DNA from: Seison nebaliae
Lineage: Eukaryota
Reading direction: 5' to 3'
NCBI GenBank assembly: GCA_023231475.1
Contig: JALJEE010001690.1
Coordinates: 1 to 64,000, forward strand
DNA: 64,000 nucleotides
Shown: one piece after another, positions 26,201 through 38,760 of the stretch
Numbering within the stretch: position 1 is the stretch's first letter
Layout: the number at the start of each line of letters is the position of its first letter
Notes under the pieces: model-generated
The model's input: the letters and a program-made list of their open reading frames with translations, nothing else
Told to the model about the DNA's origin: nothing
Databases searched by the model: none
Program-made: the position numbers and the translations under genes

Positions 26201-29200
26201 TTTTTATTTTAACTCAATTTCTTTTTATTTTTCAAAAATCTAATTTAATCATTTATCGCGCTCGTAATATCGCTCTTTTTGGTGTGATACATATCGTTGC
26301 CACCAATTTATGTCGATGGGCGAAATTATTGATTGAAGAAGCGTCTCATGCTTCTCATAATGATTCTCATTCAACATCCACTCATTATGATCATGGAGAA
26401 TCAGTTTTATCAACAACATATCAATCAATTATTGAAAATGGAACAATTTTCGCTTCATTATCTTCCGATTTACATCATCGTCTTAATAAGAGAGCGACGG
26501 TAGTAGAAGCGAATAGTCAGAATGAGAAATTTCGCGATTTTTTCGATGATGCCTCACCATATTTATTACCAGCAGCTGTCGAATATTCTTTATTGTCATT
26601 AGAAGTATTTCTACTCATTTATTATAATATTGGAAGGAAATTATTTTTTTCGTTGGAAGAAGATTATCCAACTTTGACAATTGATGAGAACGACATCGCT
26701 TATGCTGAAATTAAAAAAGGAATTCGTTTGAATAATGAAAAATTTATGAAAAAATCAAATACAAATGTTCAAAATACCAATCATAATCTTCATTTACTTC
26801 ATACACAAAACGAACAATTGGAGAAAACGGGAGAGAATGAAAATGATGAAAAACTCAATTTTCATTCAAATGCTCTCGCACTCAATCATCAGCCGAGTCA
26901 GATATCGATCGATGCCAAATTTGAAATGACACGATTCTCCCACCGATATGCTGATGGTCATCATCATCAACATAACGGAGGATCTGGGGCGTACGACCTT
27001 CGAGGTGAATCATCCGCTGCTTTCAGTAATCGACAATTAAGTATTTTCAATGATAAATCTCCAGATGATCAACAATTTCAATCTTTTTGGAAGAAATCGT
27101 CAGTTTATACAATCGATTGTCATAAATCGACGAGAGGTTTATTCATTGGTCTAATCGTTTTATTAGGAACGATAATTTCAATGATTGTCGGTTATGTATA
27201 TAAAAGAGAATTTGATCATATTCCATCGGAGACATATACGATCATTTTAGAATATTTGACGAATGTTCATTATGAGAATACTTTTATTGAATTCTGTATC
27301 ACTTATGGAACTCAAACTACACTAATTCTCATTGCTCTTATTTGTACAATTTGGGCGTACACTGTCCACTATAAACATTTGACATTTATTCACGTGGTGG
27401 ATGTGGATACACAAGCACTCCAATCCACTTATGATACTTATACAAATTTGTTTGTTCATTTATTGAAACGATATTTGGACACAGCCAATATCGTTCTAAG
27501 GAGAACGAAAAGAAAAGAAAGGAATCGTGCTCGACAAATGCGTCATGACGAAAGAAAACGAAAACAATCATTATCGATCATTGAAGAGAATGGCGATCGA
27601 TTCAAATTCAATAATACAGACGATGACAATGATAATGATAATGATAATGACGCTTATAAAGACAATATAGATTATACATCAAATATGATGCATCAAGAGA
27701 GATTGAACAATTATCATCATCGGGCAAATGGTTATAAGAGCGATCGAGAGAAATCGATGATTCATATTCCCAATTTGATTCATATGAATTCGAAAACCGT
27801 CGAGATACCATCAACAGTTATTCATGGATTAACTGATTATTTTAGTTCGGCGGTAGATATGCAGAATATATTACGAAAGAAGAATGAACCATCAGCTGAT
27901 ATGTTGACATTAATGGAGAATACTCATAAGTTTATGAATAATAAACGTGAGAATAAATTACATATGATTTCTGATCCTATATCATTCACATCCATTACTA
28001 ATACTGGTAATGAGAAGATGGATAGTTTGAAAAAAGATAATGAACACAAAGAGAATGGACGAGCGAAATTTTCAATAGAACCGATGCATCAATCAGAAAT
28101 CGAATATAGTGAACCACATCGAGATCATCAAAATCGACAGGAGAATGATATTAATTATTATAATGAATTATTAAAGAATCAACATAATTCACATTCGACA
28201 AGTATCACACATTATTTACATGCATTGCAACGATCGATGGGGAAAATGGATGGAAGAAAATTACCATTTGTTCCATCTATTTTAGATAATCAGAAATTCC
28301 TCGAAAAAAATTATGATACAGATAAATTAAGGAAGAAACTTCAACATTATGACAAAGTACTTATCGAACATATGAGAACGAATCCAGAAGATTTATTTTC
28401 GGAGAAAACAAATCCGAATTTCAATCAATTTATTAATCATCAAAAACCATTAGTAAAACAGACGGAATATCGTCGTGCATTAAGGAGATTTTTGAAAGAA
28501 ATGAAAATGGAATTACCAAAAGAATTATTTTCAGAATCATCTACTGATTCAATGAGTTCAATGTCATCAACAACTTCCATTTCCACCATCTCCTCCTTTT
28601 CTTCTTCACCATCAGAAGAAGAAGATTTATTAAAACAAGCACAAGATGAATTAGATGATAACAATAAACGAGAACAACATCAACGTCCAATTGATCGTCA
28701 ATTGGATATTGAACATTTGAACAAAAAACTTTCTCATTTTAATCAGAAATGGAAACATCGAGCAAAACATATTCAAAATGTATTGGCAGATAATGAGATT
28801 GAGAAACAAAAACATTTCATGCATCGATTAGACATCGTTCTCACATTCGTTTCATTATTTGGACTTCTCATTTATGAGAGTTGTAGTTTCATCGCGTCCG
28901 TACGGCGAGATAATGGGAAACTTCGAGTAATTTATGGGACGAATTATACAAATTATGTCGATGATTATCGAGAGAATATGTTTCATGCCGAAGTCGCTCT
29001 CTCCATTATTCTCTCAATTATTTCCATTATACAATCGATATTGCAAACTTTATTTATTATTGATGGTTTAAATCGAGCAGCCACTGATTGGTATGCACTT
29101 TCTGTGAAACCAGGTAGAGAAAGTGCAACATTGTTAATTATTATTAATCTTCTTCTTTGGTTTTATGGATCATTTAAATCACAAACTAATCTATCCACAC

Positions 29201-29496
29201 CTTTACAAGTCATTTATTTCGGTAAATCATCATGGAATCTCATCAAAAGTATCACTTTACCATTATCTCTATTTTTCCGTTTTCATTCATCGTGTGCCCT
29301 CACCGAAATCTGGAAGAGAGCTCACCATCGTCCTGACCATCCTAGACATCAACATACTCATCAAAACATATCAAATCATCACCACCATCATCATCATCAC
29401 AATGATCATGGTCATCACCATCATAACCATCATCATCACGGTCATCATCATCATAATCATCATCATCATCATCATCAACGACCGTCCTCAAAATAA
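23279..29496 (+). CDS. Otopetrin-family proton channel, greatly expanded (>1800 aa) with a His-rich tail
   Basis: Otopetrin signatures FGVIHIVATNLCRW, YLLPAAVEYSL, IDCHKSTRGLFIG, IQSILQTLFI, KPGRE..LLIIINL and LPLSLFFRFHSS, with multiple TM segments. Main exon 24061-29496 follows a polypyrimidine-AG; probable first exon 23279-23437 (intron 23438-24060). Confidence 0.92.
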
Positions 29497-31145
29497 AAAT
29501 CCTATTTTTTTCAATCGATTTCTCAAATTCTTTTCAAACAATATTTTTTAAAAAAATATTTCTAATTTAAATTTCTCCCTCTCTCCATAATTTCTCTCTA
29601 TCCATTCTGTAGCTCTCATAGGTTCTTGTATTGTCGTATCAGTGTCATCTTCTACAATTATCTTACACTCGTTCGAATCTAATTAAAGAACACACCCGAT
29701 AACAATTATATTATATTTTATAACATCCAACGACCATTTCTTCTATTAATATCTAATTTAATTTGAAAACTTAATAAATAAGAAACAATCTTCATCCATA
29801 TAATTCAGACAACCCTTTTTTAATTTATATATATTTCTCCGAACTTTTTTTGAATTGATAGTATCAAATATATCGATTTATTTGAATTTAGAAAGTTTAT
29901 TTTCCTAAAAACGAAAAGAATTTAATTCGATTTATAAATAAAACCGAAAAAATTTTATTCGATTATTCAGGAAAAACAAGATAAAAACATTCATTTTTAC
30001 GTCGATTGATGTTAGTCGATTAATAGAGAAACTTTAGGAGATGTTGTCCATTTATGAGAATGAGTGAATTCTATTACTAAACATAAGTAAATATAAGCTC
30101 AATAATAAGGAGAATGAATTATAAAGAATAATCCGATTGACAATGTTTCGTCGTTGATACATGTTCAATGCAATTAATGGAATCTAAAGAAAAAATGAAT
30201 TTTATTTATAATTCAAATAGTCAATCATCGAAGGAATGTGGTGTAATTTGAAAATAAGAAAGGATTGAATTTTTATAATGAACTTGTGTTTTAATGAAAG
30301 CAAATTGAAAAGAAATTAAAAAAGTGTGAAAAGATTATGGGAGAAAAGAAAAGTATTTTTTGTCCAATAATAAAAAATAGATTTTAATTAAATAAGGAAG
30401 GAAGATGTGTTTGCAAATTCAAAAAATTATTTAAATCATCTTCATATGATCAATTCCTTCCTCTAATATTCTCCTTTCACACGGATCATTTATTTCTCCA
30501 ATTTAGATGATGTTTGTCCATATCGAGCGATTCATTCTCTACTTTATCAAACACATCTGTCTCTCCCTTTCGATCGTTTGTGTAATGTAGATGAACAATT
30601 CGTTTCTGTGTGTGTCTCCTTTTAATCTCATCCATTATTGATAATACTTCATTTTATTTCTTCTTTTTTCTTCCTCTTCTTCAATTTGGCGAAAGAATTC
30701 TTCCCCTCTCTTCAACTCCTAATTGGAGAGAATGTCGACTGTTATGAAGATGATAATTCTTTCTCTTCTTTATTATCGATTTCCGTATAATTCTCGAAAG
30801 AAAATTGTCGACGAGAAAATGAGAGAGATGAAAACTTTTGAGATTATTAAAATTTTATCGATATCTCACTCGAATATCATTTCGTTGCAATTAGAGCAAG
30901 AACAATTGCATTGATGAAGAATAATGAAGAATCGGTGAGAATTTTCAACTGTTTTTTTCCTCGTCATCTCAAATCGCCATTTGACCAGATTTTATTATCT
31001 CTTCAGCCAGAAACGATTAAGTAAAAAATAAAAGAAAAGGTAAAATCACAAAATGTCGATAAAAGGAATTGATCTCCTTTAAATATTTTCTCTTTCGAAA
31101 ACAAGAAGATTTCGTACCAGTATTAGAATCATCAATTTCATCTTC

Positions 31146-31176
<31 letters not shown>

Positions 31177-31752
31177 CGATCCATCATCTCTCCATTTTCC
31201 GACACGAATATGTCTTCCATAAAATGTACACATATATATCGTGATGATTAACGGATGAAGTTATTTGTCGATTTAAATGAATAAAAAAGAAATAGAATGT
31301 TTATTCTTCTTTTCTTCATTCGAGAGTGGAACATATTCCACTTTCTCTTTCATCAATTCATTCCTTTTTTATCTCTCCCTTATTTTTCATTTATCAGTCG
31401 TTTTCCATTATCAATTCTTATGGTTTCAATTTTTAGGAGAATTGACAAAATTTTATTTTTATTGAGAAATTTAAAAGAAAGAAAATCATCGTCATCTGAA
31501 ATTTAATTTGAATATTATAATTACTTTATATAATTCCATTTATTGAGATGATTCATTGTTTTGTGATTAAGCGCACTTTTTTCAACCATTCATTCTACAA
31601 TAGAAAGCAGTCTATGTAAGAGTCATCTCTGTTTTCTAAGAATACATAGGAGAAACTATTAAACCATCTCCATAATTTTTAAACTAAAAAAAATTTAAAA
31701 AATATTCTTACAAAAAATTATTATTATTTTTTTCTTATTTTTCTTTAACACT

Positions 31753-34700
31753 ATGCCCAATAATGTTGGATTGAAGAGTAAAGAAGAACCAGAATTCCCT
31801 TCAAATGTCCAAGAACTAATTCGGAAGAATAATAATAGAAGGAGAATGACAACTAATTCATTTCAGATGTGTCGAACATCAAAATTTCGACACGTTTTCC
31901 CACAAATCTGGAAGAGACAATATTGTTTCACAAATCTTCGAATCGCCAAAGTTTCGAGTGACTCTTTATTCTGTACAGTCAATCCACATTTCATCGGAAT
32001 AATCACCGAATGTAGTGGTGGTGGTAATTTCATCATTTTACGATTAGATCAATTTGGTCGGATTGAATATGATTTCCCTTTAGTTAGTGGACATAATGCT
32101 GCTGTGCTCGATTTAGCCTTTTCACCACATGATGACTTTATTATAGCATCAGCTGGAGAGGATGCTCTGGTACAAATTTGGAAAATTCCTGATTCGAAAG
32201 GAATCACTACAACTTTACGTAAGAGTCGATCGACATTAAATGGACATGAGAAACGAGTGACATGTATTCGATGGCATCCTTGTGCTTCTGATATTCTGGC
32301 ATCAGCCAGTGCCGATTCATGCATGATAGTATGGAATGTGAAAGATGGTGAGAAATTATTCAAATTGAATTTGGAAGAAGCAATTATCAATGAACATTTA
32401 TTAATTTTACAGAAATTCCGAGAGAAGAATGGACAAGTTCAAGAGAATAATAAATTTCGTTCTGGACCGAAACGTTCATCATATTCATCGAATACAGCGA
32501 TTCATTCGATTGCATGGAGTCATGACGGACGATTTGTTGCAACAGCGAGTAAAGATCATTATGTTCGTATTTGGAATATTCGTCCAAATAATTTTGATGT
32601 TATTAAAGAGAACGATAATACTGATGGTGATAATGATGAAGATCAATTGATGAGTGAAAATGATGATAAAACAGAAAATGATATCGATCGTCATAATTCT
32701 CCAATTCTTTCATCTGAATCATTATTATCGAATCAAGATAATGGATCAGAGAATAATATTCCATTATGGAATGATGACAAATCGAAGAAATTGAAGAAGA
32801 ATCCAATATCTTCCATTCTCGTCGATAATTCATCAGAGAAGACATTGAATGTTGATGAGAATATGGAGATTGATGAGAATCATAAAAAAAAATTTCAATT
32901 GAAATATTCGGATGTTCCAATTTGTTCATTTATTCCACATGAAGATTTGAAGTCATGTAAAATTGTTTGGTTGAAAGATGGGAATTTATTGACAACAGGA
33001 TTTTCACGTGGTAGTGAACGACAATTAGCCGTTTGGAAATTGAAGAATTGTAATTTGCATGATGCTGTAAAGGAATCATCAGGAAAATTGTTATCGATTG
33101 AACAAACGAAATATTTCTCTCGTCGAACAACATCATCTTTATCATTATGTAGTTCATTATCAAATAGTCCATCAATTGTCGCTAATAATAATTTCCCATT
33201 AAACGGTTTCACGAATAATGATATTGATGGAGATATTCATTCATCGACAGATGACCAATCATCTGATCAACAACAACATGGAAGTTATCGAGCAGTATCA
33301 CCACCACAGACCAATATTAGCATCCATTCCATTAAACAACGATTTGAGCAATTGTCATCGAATAATAATTCGAGACATTTAAATGGTTCTTCATCATCAG
33401 CATCAGATACTGATTATCATACAAGACCAAATTCTGGTCGATGGTCTGGTAATTCTTCATCGTCACCAGCCACAACATCGTTAGTCCATCAGAGACATCA
33501 ACGAAAACGTCAACGTAAATTGGAGGAGGAGAAGATTGAACAAAAATTCCTTCTCGATTATTTGTCGAAGTTGTCATCGATTGAAGTGGAGCAGTTACAT
33601 ATCGAAAATATCGACAATGGTAGTGGAATTCTTTATCCGATTTATGATGTCGATACGAATCTCATATATTTATGTGGGAAAGGTGATTCGATGATTCAAT
33701 TATTTGAATATATTCCATTGACGAATTATGTTCCTTCAACAATGCATCAATCTAGTCATTATAATAATGGAATGATAGATGATTCAACTGACAAATTCCT
33801 TAAATCCACCAATTCACAATTATCTCATACATCTCTATCATCGATGAAATTGAAATCTTCATCTTGTCGAATCGAATCTCAACATAAATATATTTATGCT
33901 ATTGAACAACATTGTTTGAAAGATTCTCAAAGAGGTATAGCTTATTTGCCTAAACGAGGATGTCATGCACAATCTTGTGAAATCGCCAGATTCTTCCGTT
34001 TACAAAGTGACAGTGTTTGTCAAATCATCAGTATGATTGTTCCACGACGTCGAGGCTTATCTCATCAGACTGATATTTATCCACCAACTTTAGCAGCACA
34101 TCCAGCATTATCCAGTTATGAATGGATTTCTGGCAAGAATTCTCTGCCCGTTCTTCAAGATATCACATTCGATATCAGCGAAACACCATATCCATCGTTC
34201 TATCTCTTCTCTGCATCACAACCAAATAATGGGCAATTAACCAATTCTCCATCGGTCAATAATGGAGCGGATTCATTACATTCATATCCAGCCATTTCCA
34301 AACCATCAATGAAGAATATGCCAGAATATAAAATGAAATTGAACGAAAATATTTCATCAGATCAACTTCCTACTACTACCACATCAGCACAATCCATCAC
34401 AACAACTAATATAAATAATATTAATTCGATTTCCATTAGCGATAACAAATTCGCAAAGAATAGTAATGGATTATTCAATGCAGCAACTAAAAGGAATTTT
34501 CAACATTCCACTTCATTTCGTCAACGACGACGACAACAATTACAAGATAGAACATTAACATCCATTGATCAGAATGATATAAAGTTTAAATTAATCTTCT
34601 TATTTTCATTCATTTTCATTTCGATAAATAGAGAAAGTCACAAATTAAATTCTCTCAAATACTCGTCACCAGAACCGTCGATATTGAACGGAAATCACAT

Positions 34701-35274
34701 TGATGGTAGGGAGCCATTGACTATCAGTGGAACTAAGCCTAGTATTATGGAGAAAGCGAAATTATTTAAAGGAAGACAAAGTGAGTTGAATTCTTATTCT
34801 TCATTTTCACAACATTCCTCACACAACATGTCACCGTCATCAAAAGAATTGACAGTTAATCGAAATGATGATTTATCGAAACAAATGAAAGAAATGAAAG
34901 ATGAATTAGAAAAATTGAACAAGAAAGTGACATCACTCGATTTCACATGTGAAATGTTACGACAATTAGTAACTTTGCAGAACGAAAGAATTCATAAATT
35001 GGAAGAAAAGAAAACATATAAATATCCAACAGACAGTGATGATATTAATACTGACGGAATGAATGATTTCGATGGGAACGGAGATATCGATGATACTTTT
35101 GATGAAGATCATAATTTGGATAATGATCTTACTGACATTCGCTCACATAAGAAAGAAACATTGAAAAACGATTTGAACTTAAACGGTTTCCTTAATAGAA
35201 CCATTACATCGGAAAATAAAAATGGAAGTTTCTATTCTGAAAAATTATCAAAACGATTTCACGACGGCATTTAA
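31753..35274 (+). CDS. Coronin (WD40 actin-binding protein) with long low-complexity insertions and a C-terminal coiled coil
   Basis: RTSKFRHVF, GHNAAVLDLAFSPHDD, WHPCASDILASAS, TTGFSRGSERQ, YLCGKGDS, QRGIAYLPKRG, CEIARFFRL, MIVPRR, DIYPPT. Probable in-frame 48-nt intron 34584-34631. Confidence 0.95.
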   Translation: MPNNVGLKSKEEPEFPSNVQELIRKNNNRRRMTTNSFQMCRTSKFRHVFPQIWKRQYCFTNLRIAKVSSDSLFCTVNPHFIGIITECSGGGNFIILRLDQFGRIEYDFPLVSGHNAAVLDLAFSPHDDFIIASAGEDALVQIWKIPDSKGITTTLRKSRSTLNGHEKRVTCIRWHPCASDILASASADSCMIVWNVKDGEKLFKLNLEEAIINEHLLILQKFREKNGQVQENNKFRSGPKRSSYSSNTAIHSIAWSHDGRFVATASKDHYVRIWNIRPNNFDVIKENDNTDGDNDEDQLMSENDDKTENDIDRHNSPILSSESLLSNQDNGSENNIPLWNDDKSKKLKKNPISSILVDNSSEKTLNVDENMEIDENHKKKFQLKYSDVPICSFIPHEDLKSCKIVWLKDGNLLTTGFSRGSERQLAVWKLKNCNLHDAVKESSGKLLSIEQTKYFSRRTTSSLSLCSSLSNSPSIVANNNFPLNGFTNNDIDGDIHSSTDDQSSDQQQHGSYRAVSPPQTNISIHSIKQRFEQLSSNNNSRHLNGSSSSASDTDYHTRPNSGRWSGNSSSSPATTSLVHQRHQRKRQRKLEEEKIEQKFLLDYLSKLSSIEVEQLHIENIDNGSGILYPIYDVDTNLIYLCGKGDSMIQLFEYIPLTNYVPSTMHQSSHYNNGMIDDSTDKFLKSTNSQLSHTSLSSMKLKSSSCRIESQHKYIYAIEQHCLKDSQRGIAYLPKRGCHAQSCEIARFFRLQSDSVCQIISMIVPRRRGLSHQTDIYPPTLAAHPALSSYEWISGKNSLPVLQDITFDISETPYPSFYLFSASQPNNGQLTNSPSVNNGADSLHSYPAISKPSMKNMPEYKMKLNENISSDQLPTTTTSAQSITTTNINNINSISISDNKFAKNSNGLFNAATKRNFQHSTSFRQRRRQQLQDRTLTSIDQNDIKFKLIFLFSFIFISINRESHKLNSLKYSSPEPSILNGNHIDGREPLTISGTKPSIMEKAKLFKGRQSELNSYSSFSQHSSHNMSPSSKELTVNRNDDLSKQMKEMKDELEKLNKKVTSLDFTCEMLRQLVTLQNERIHKLEEKKTYKYPTDSDDINTDGMNDFDGNGDIDDTFDEDHNLDNDLTDIRSHKKETLKNDLNLNGFLNRTITSENKNGSFYSEKLSKRFHDGI

Positions 35275-35572
35275 CCATCATATATTAATTTTTAATAATA
35301 TCACTTTTCCTTTTTTAAACTTTTTATTTACAAGAAAATTTTTTGAAAATTATAAACTTCTCTGAACATTCGTCACATCTTTTCACTAACAATATAAATA
35401 TATCATACTCATCATCGTCAAATGATTAAATGAAAAGTTTTCAAGAAATATTTTTAATATAAAATTAAATGTTATTAATCCAAATTCCAAATTAATGAAA
35501 AGAGAAAAGTGGAGATGAAAGACTCTAAAATGTGTAAATAAATTTGGTGATTCAATTTATTTTCCGTCAAAA

Positions 35573-38409
35573 ATGGATAGAAGAGAGAATGATACCAAAA
35601 TTTATGTTGATCGTTTACACGTTGTACTTAATTGCGCCATATTGGGATTATTGTCAGTTTCAATTTTTTTAGCTATATTCCAAACTCAACAAAAAGAAAG
35701 TTAAAATTCTAATAATTTTTTTCTGAAAATTTTGTGGTACAGGAACTTATGATCCTAATACACCTCAGTTCTACATATTGGAGGTGACAGATGGAACTTA
35801 TGAATTAGGTGTAAAGTATAATTCTTCATATCATGAAATCTGGTTCAAAAGTCATGATCCTTTCATTACGATAAACCATCAGAAATGTTCGGTCACATCT
35901 GGTTGTCTGATATTAGTCGGTGGTTCCTCATCAACTAGTGGCATCGATGTATTTGGACAATGGCAGAATTCGATTTACACATATTATGTTAATGGAACAG
36001 GAGAATTATTTAAAGTAGAATTTAGAACTTATCCGTATCGAGAGTTTATGATATTCCGTCAACATATCGTTGAAGATATGGTGAATTGTTCGACAGGAGA
36101 TGTCGAATCGATTGTCACTGGTTATCCTTCATTTTCCGTAGAGAAAGGAGAAAATGATAAAGGTGTTCTCTCTTATGGTGGTCAAATGAGTGGAGATGTT
36201 ATGAAAAAAATTAATAAGTTTAATTTAAATATTATTAGAAATTTATTTTTTCGAATATGACAGATGGGAACCAAAAGATTATTTGATCAATTCGGGAATG
36301 TTGGGTGGTCTTTTTACTGTTTTCCAAATGGATATGGATAATAGTATCGTTTTTTCACCTCTCGATCATTTCCCATCATCGTCAGTTGAATATAAACAAA
36401 ATGGAGGAAGTTATTATTGAAAGAAACATTCAATTATCAATTTAACATTCAATTTCAGATTATTCCTTCGCTTTCGGTGTTATGGGAGGTGCGGAGAAAA
36501 TTAATATGCCGGACGAATATTCCTATTTAGTTTCCTTTTCACCATATGGTATAAATGACGTTAGATATTTTCTCAACATTAACCATTAACAATGAGAGTT
36601 AGGCAATATCAAGACATGGAAAAATTATTCAGAAATATCATAACGGACAAAAATTTCATGATCCTTTACTCGATTTTATCGGTTATTATACAGATAATGG
36701 TTAGAGATTATTTAACAAAAAACTTTCAAGAACATTTACGATAGGTGCATATTATTATTATAATGCTGTTGGAACGACATACGACAACATTTTAAATCAA
36801 ATTAAAAAGAAATTTAATTTTTTCTCTTATCAAATCGATTCCTGGTGGTACAAGAAAGATGCTGCGAATATTGCAACCATCTCGTGGAGTCCGGATAATA
36901 ATGTATTTTCGGATTCAATTGTAGATTTTGCTGAAGAATTAGATCGTCCAATAATCGCCCATAATAAGATGTGGTCGTATGATGTAGTGTACGCTTCTTA
37001 CAACGGAGGAATGTTTCCATTCTTTCCTGATAAGCTATCTGGTTTATCATTACCTGCCACTCAAGATTTTTGGGATTGGTTATTTGCGTATGGTAAAAAA
37101 TGGAAATTGGCAACATATGAACAAGTTACATATGAAATTAACAGAATTGTTCTTCATTATTTATTAGGATTGGATGAATCATCAAACGATGGATTTTACT
37201 CCGTTAAAAACAAATATAAATTTAGGTGAGAATTGGTTAAGCCAAATGAATATAGGAGCGAAAAAATTCAATATTTCAATTCAATATTGTATGGCGTTAC
37301 CACGTCATACAATGGAAGCAGTACGTCAATCACAAGTGACACATGTTCGTGTCTCTGACGATTATGCTACTTCTCTCAAATTCAGTTAATTTTTTTCGAG
37401 AAAAACTCTTTTTTATAATAAAACAGAATTTCCTCAATGGAAAATTGGGATCACTTCAATTTTCGTACTATCGTTGGGATTAAGACCACACAAAGATACT
37501 TTCTGGTCCACAAAATCCGAACCAGGTAATCCAAAATATGCGAATAATCGTGAAGTTATTTTAATTATTGACATATTGTTAAATAGATTTCTTTTAAAGA
37601 TTTCTCCAGGTGCTGAATTGACAATATCGGTCATTACTGGTTCTCCAGTGGTGCCAGGTGATGCCATCAACAAAATCGATAAAGAACTACTCTCAACATC
37701 AAGTAGAAATGATCAACGTGTTCTTCGTCTAACAAAGCATGCTACTGCAACTGATCATCAAATCAAAGAAGTTAGATTATGTAAAGAATGAAGGTGATAT
37801 ATTATTTATATTTTAGATGGTTTCTGATTTTAATTGGGGTGAATTATGGTTTGGTTATTCTCAATATGTCGATCAATTTTTCGGATTAGTATTTTGTGCG
37901 GAAATTCCTCAGGCAACAGTCGTCAATTTCGATAAATTATTAATTAATGTTTCTATAAAACTTTTAATAGTTTTTTATATATTCTATTCATATTTAGTCA
38001 AATAACCATATCATTTATCAGATGATACCAACATTAAAAATATTCGAAAATATTACAGATATTCATGAATATGTCATCGACAATTGTACATCTAAAGAAG
38101 ACTATAGGACTATTTTGACAGCTCCTCAATATTTGAGACCAGAGTTACATTTTATCATTTTTCATTTTATTAATTTCAGTTGGTAGCAAAACTTCGGTGT
38201 ATCTTTTGGGAGAAAAAGATAAAATCGTTCCATTTTCTACGGATCGATTTAGAATCAAAGTGATCAAATCTGGAATCATCGATTTTATTGAGGTGATTGG
38301 TGGGACAATGGATGAAACAATTGTTGTCTATCTTTATATCAACCAACAAATTGAAAAAAGAGTTGTTATGATGGAAGCAAACTCAACAGTTAAACTACAT
38401 TGGAATTAA
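35573..38409 (+). CDS. Membrane-anchored glycoside-hydrolase-like protein (family uncertain); 12 exons
   Basis: Eleven GTT..AG introns give one frame with an N-terminal hydrophobic anchor and motifs YYTDNGAYYYY, QIDSWWY, AHNKMWS, YEQDWM, IQYCMALPRH and RVSDDY, reminiscent of alpha-galactosidase-type TIM barrels. The function is inference. Confidence 0.7.
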
Positions 38410-38760
38410 TTTATTTTTAGAACATTAAATTATAACGAATTTTTCTTTGTTGTACATATTTAATATATATATTATGTTATATTATATTATATGAATTTTA
38501 AACAAATAAAAAAAATATTTTCAACAAAAATTATTTATTTCAGAAAATTCACATTCAAAATTATTGAAAATTATGAGCAAAGCTAAAAATGTGAGAAGAA
38601 CTTTCTTTTGAATATAAACTTGTTTAGAATGAATTAGATTTAATTTTCGTTTGTCAATTGAAGAATTTTTGCCGTTTACCGGAAGCGAAAATTCTGGAAT
38701 TATCTTCGTCTTTCAAACCATTAAATTTAAAGAGTTTAGGAAATTAATATTGTTGGAAAT

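Noticed and set aside
29165..29551. 128-aa ORF with a poly-Ile tract
   Set aside because: Alternative frame of the otopetrin CAT repeat.
29600..29690. GTTCGAATC T-loop-like motif suggesting a tRNA
   Set aside because: No cloverleaf stems can be formed; it lies in the otopetrin 3' region. I recognised no tRNA, rRNA or snRNA (including U1) anywhere in the window.
31151..31176. (AT)n runs here, near 2921 and near 58745
   Set aside because: Ordinary microsatellites in an AT-rich genome.
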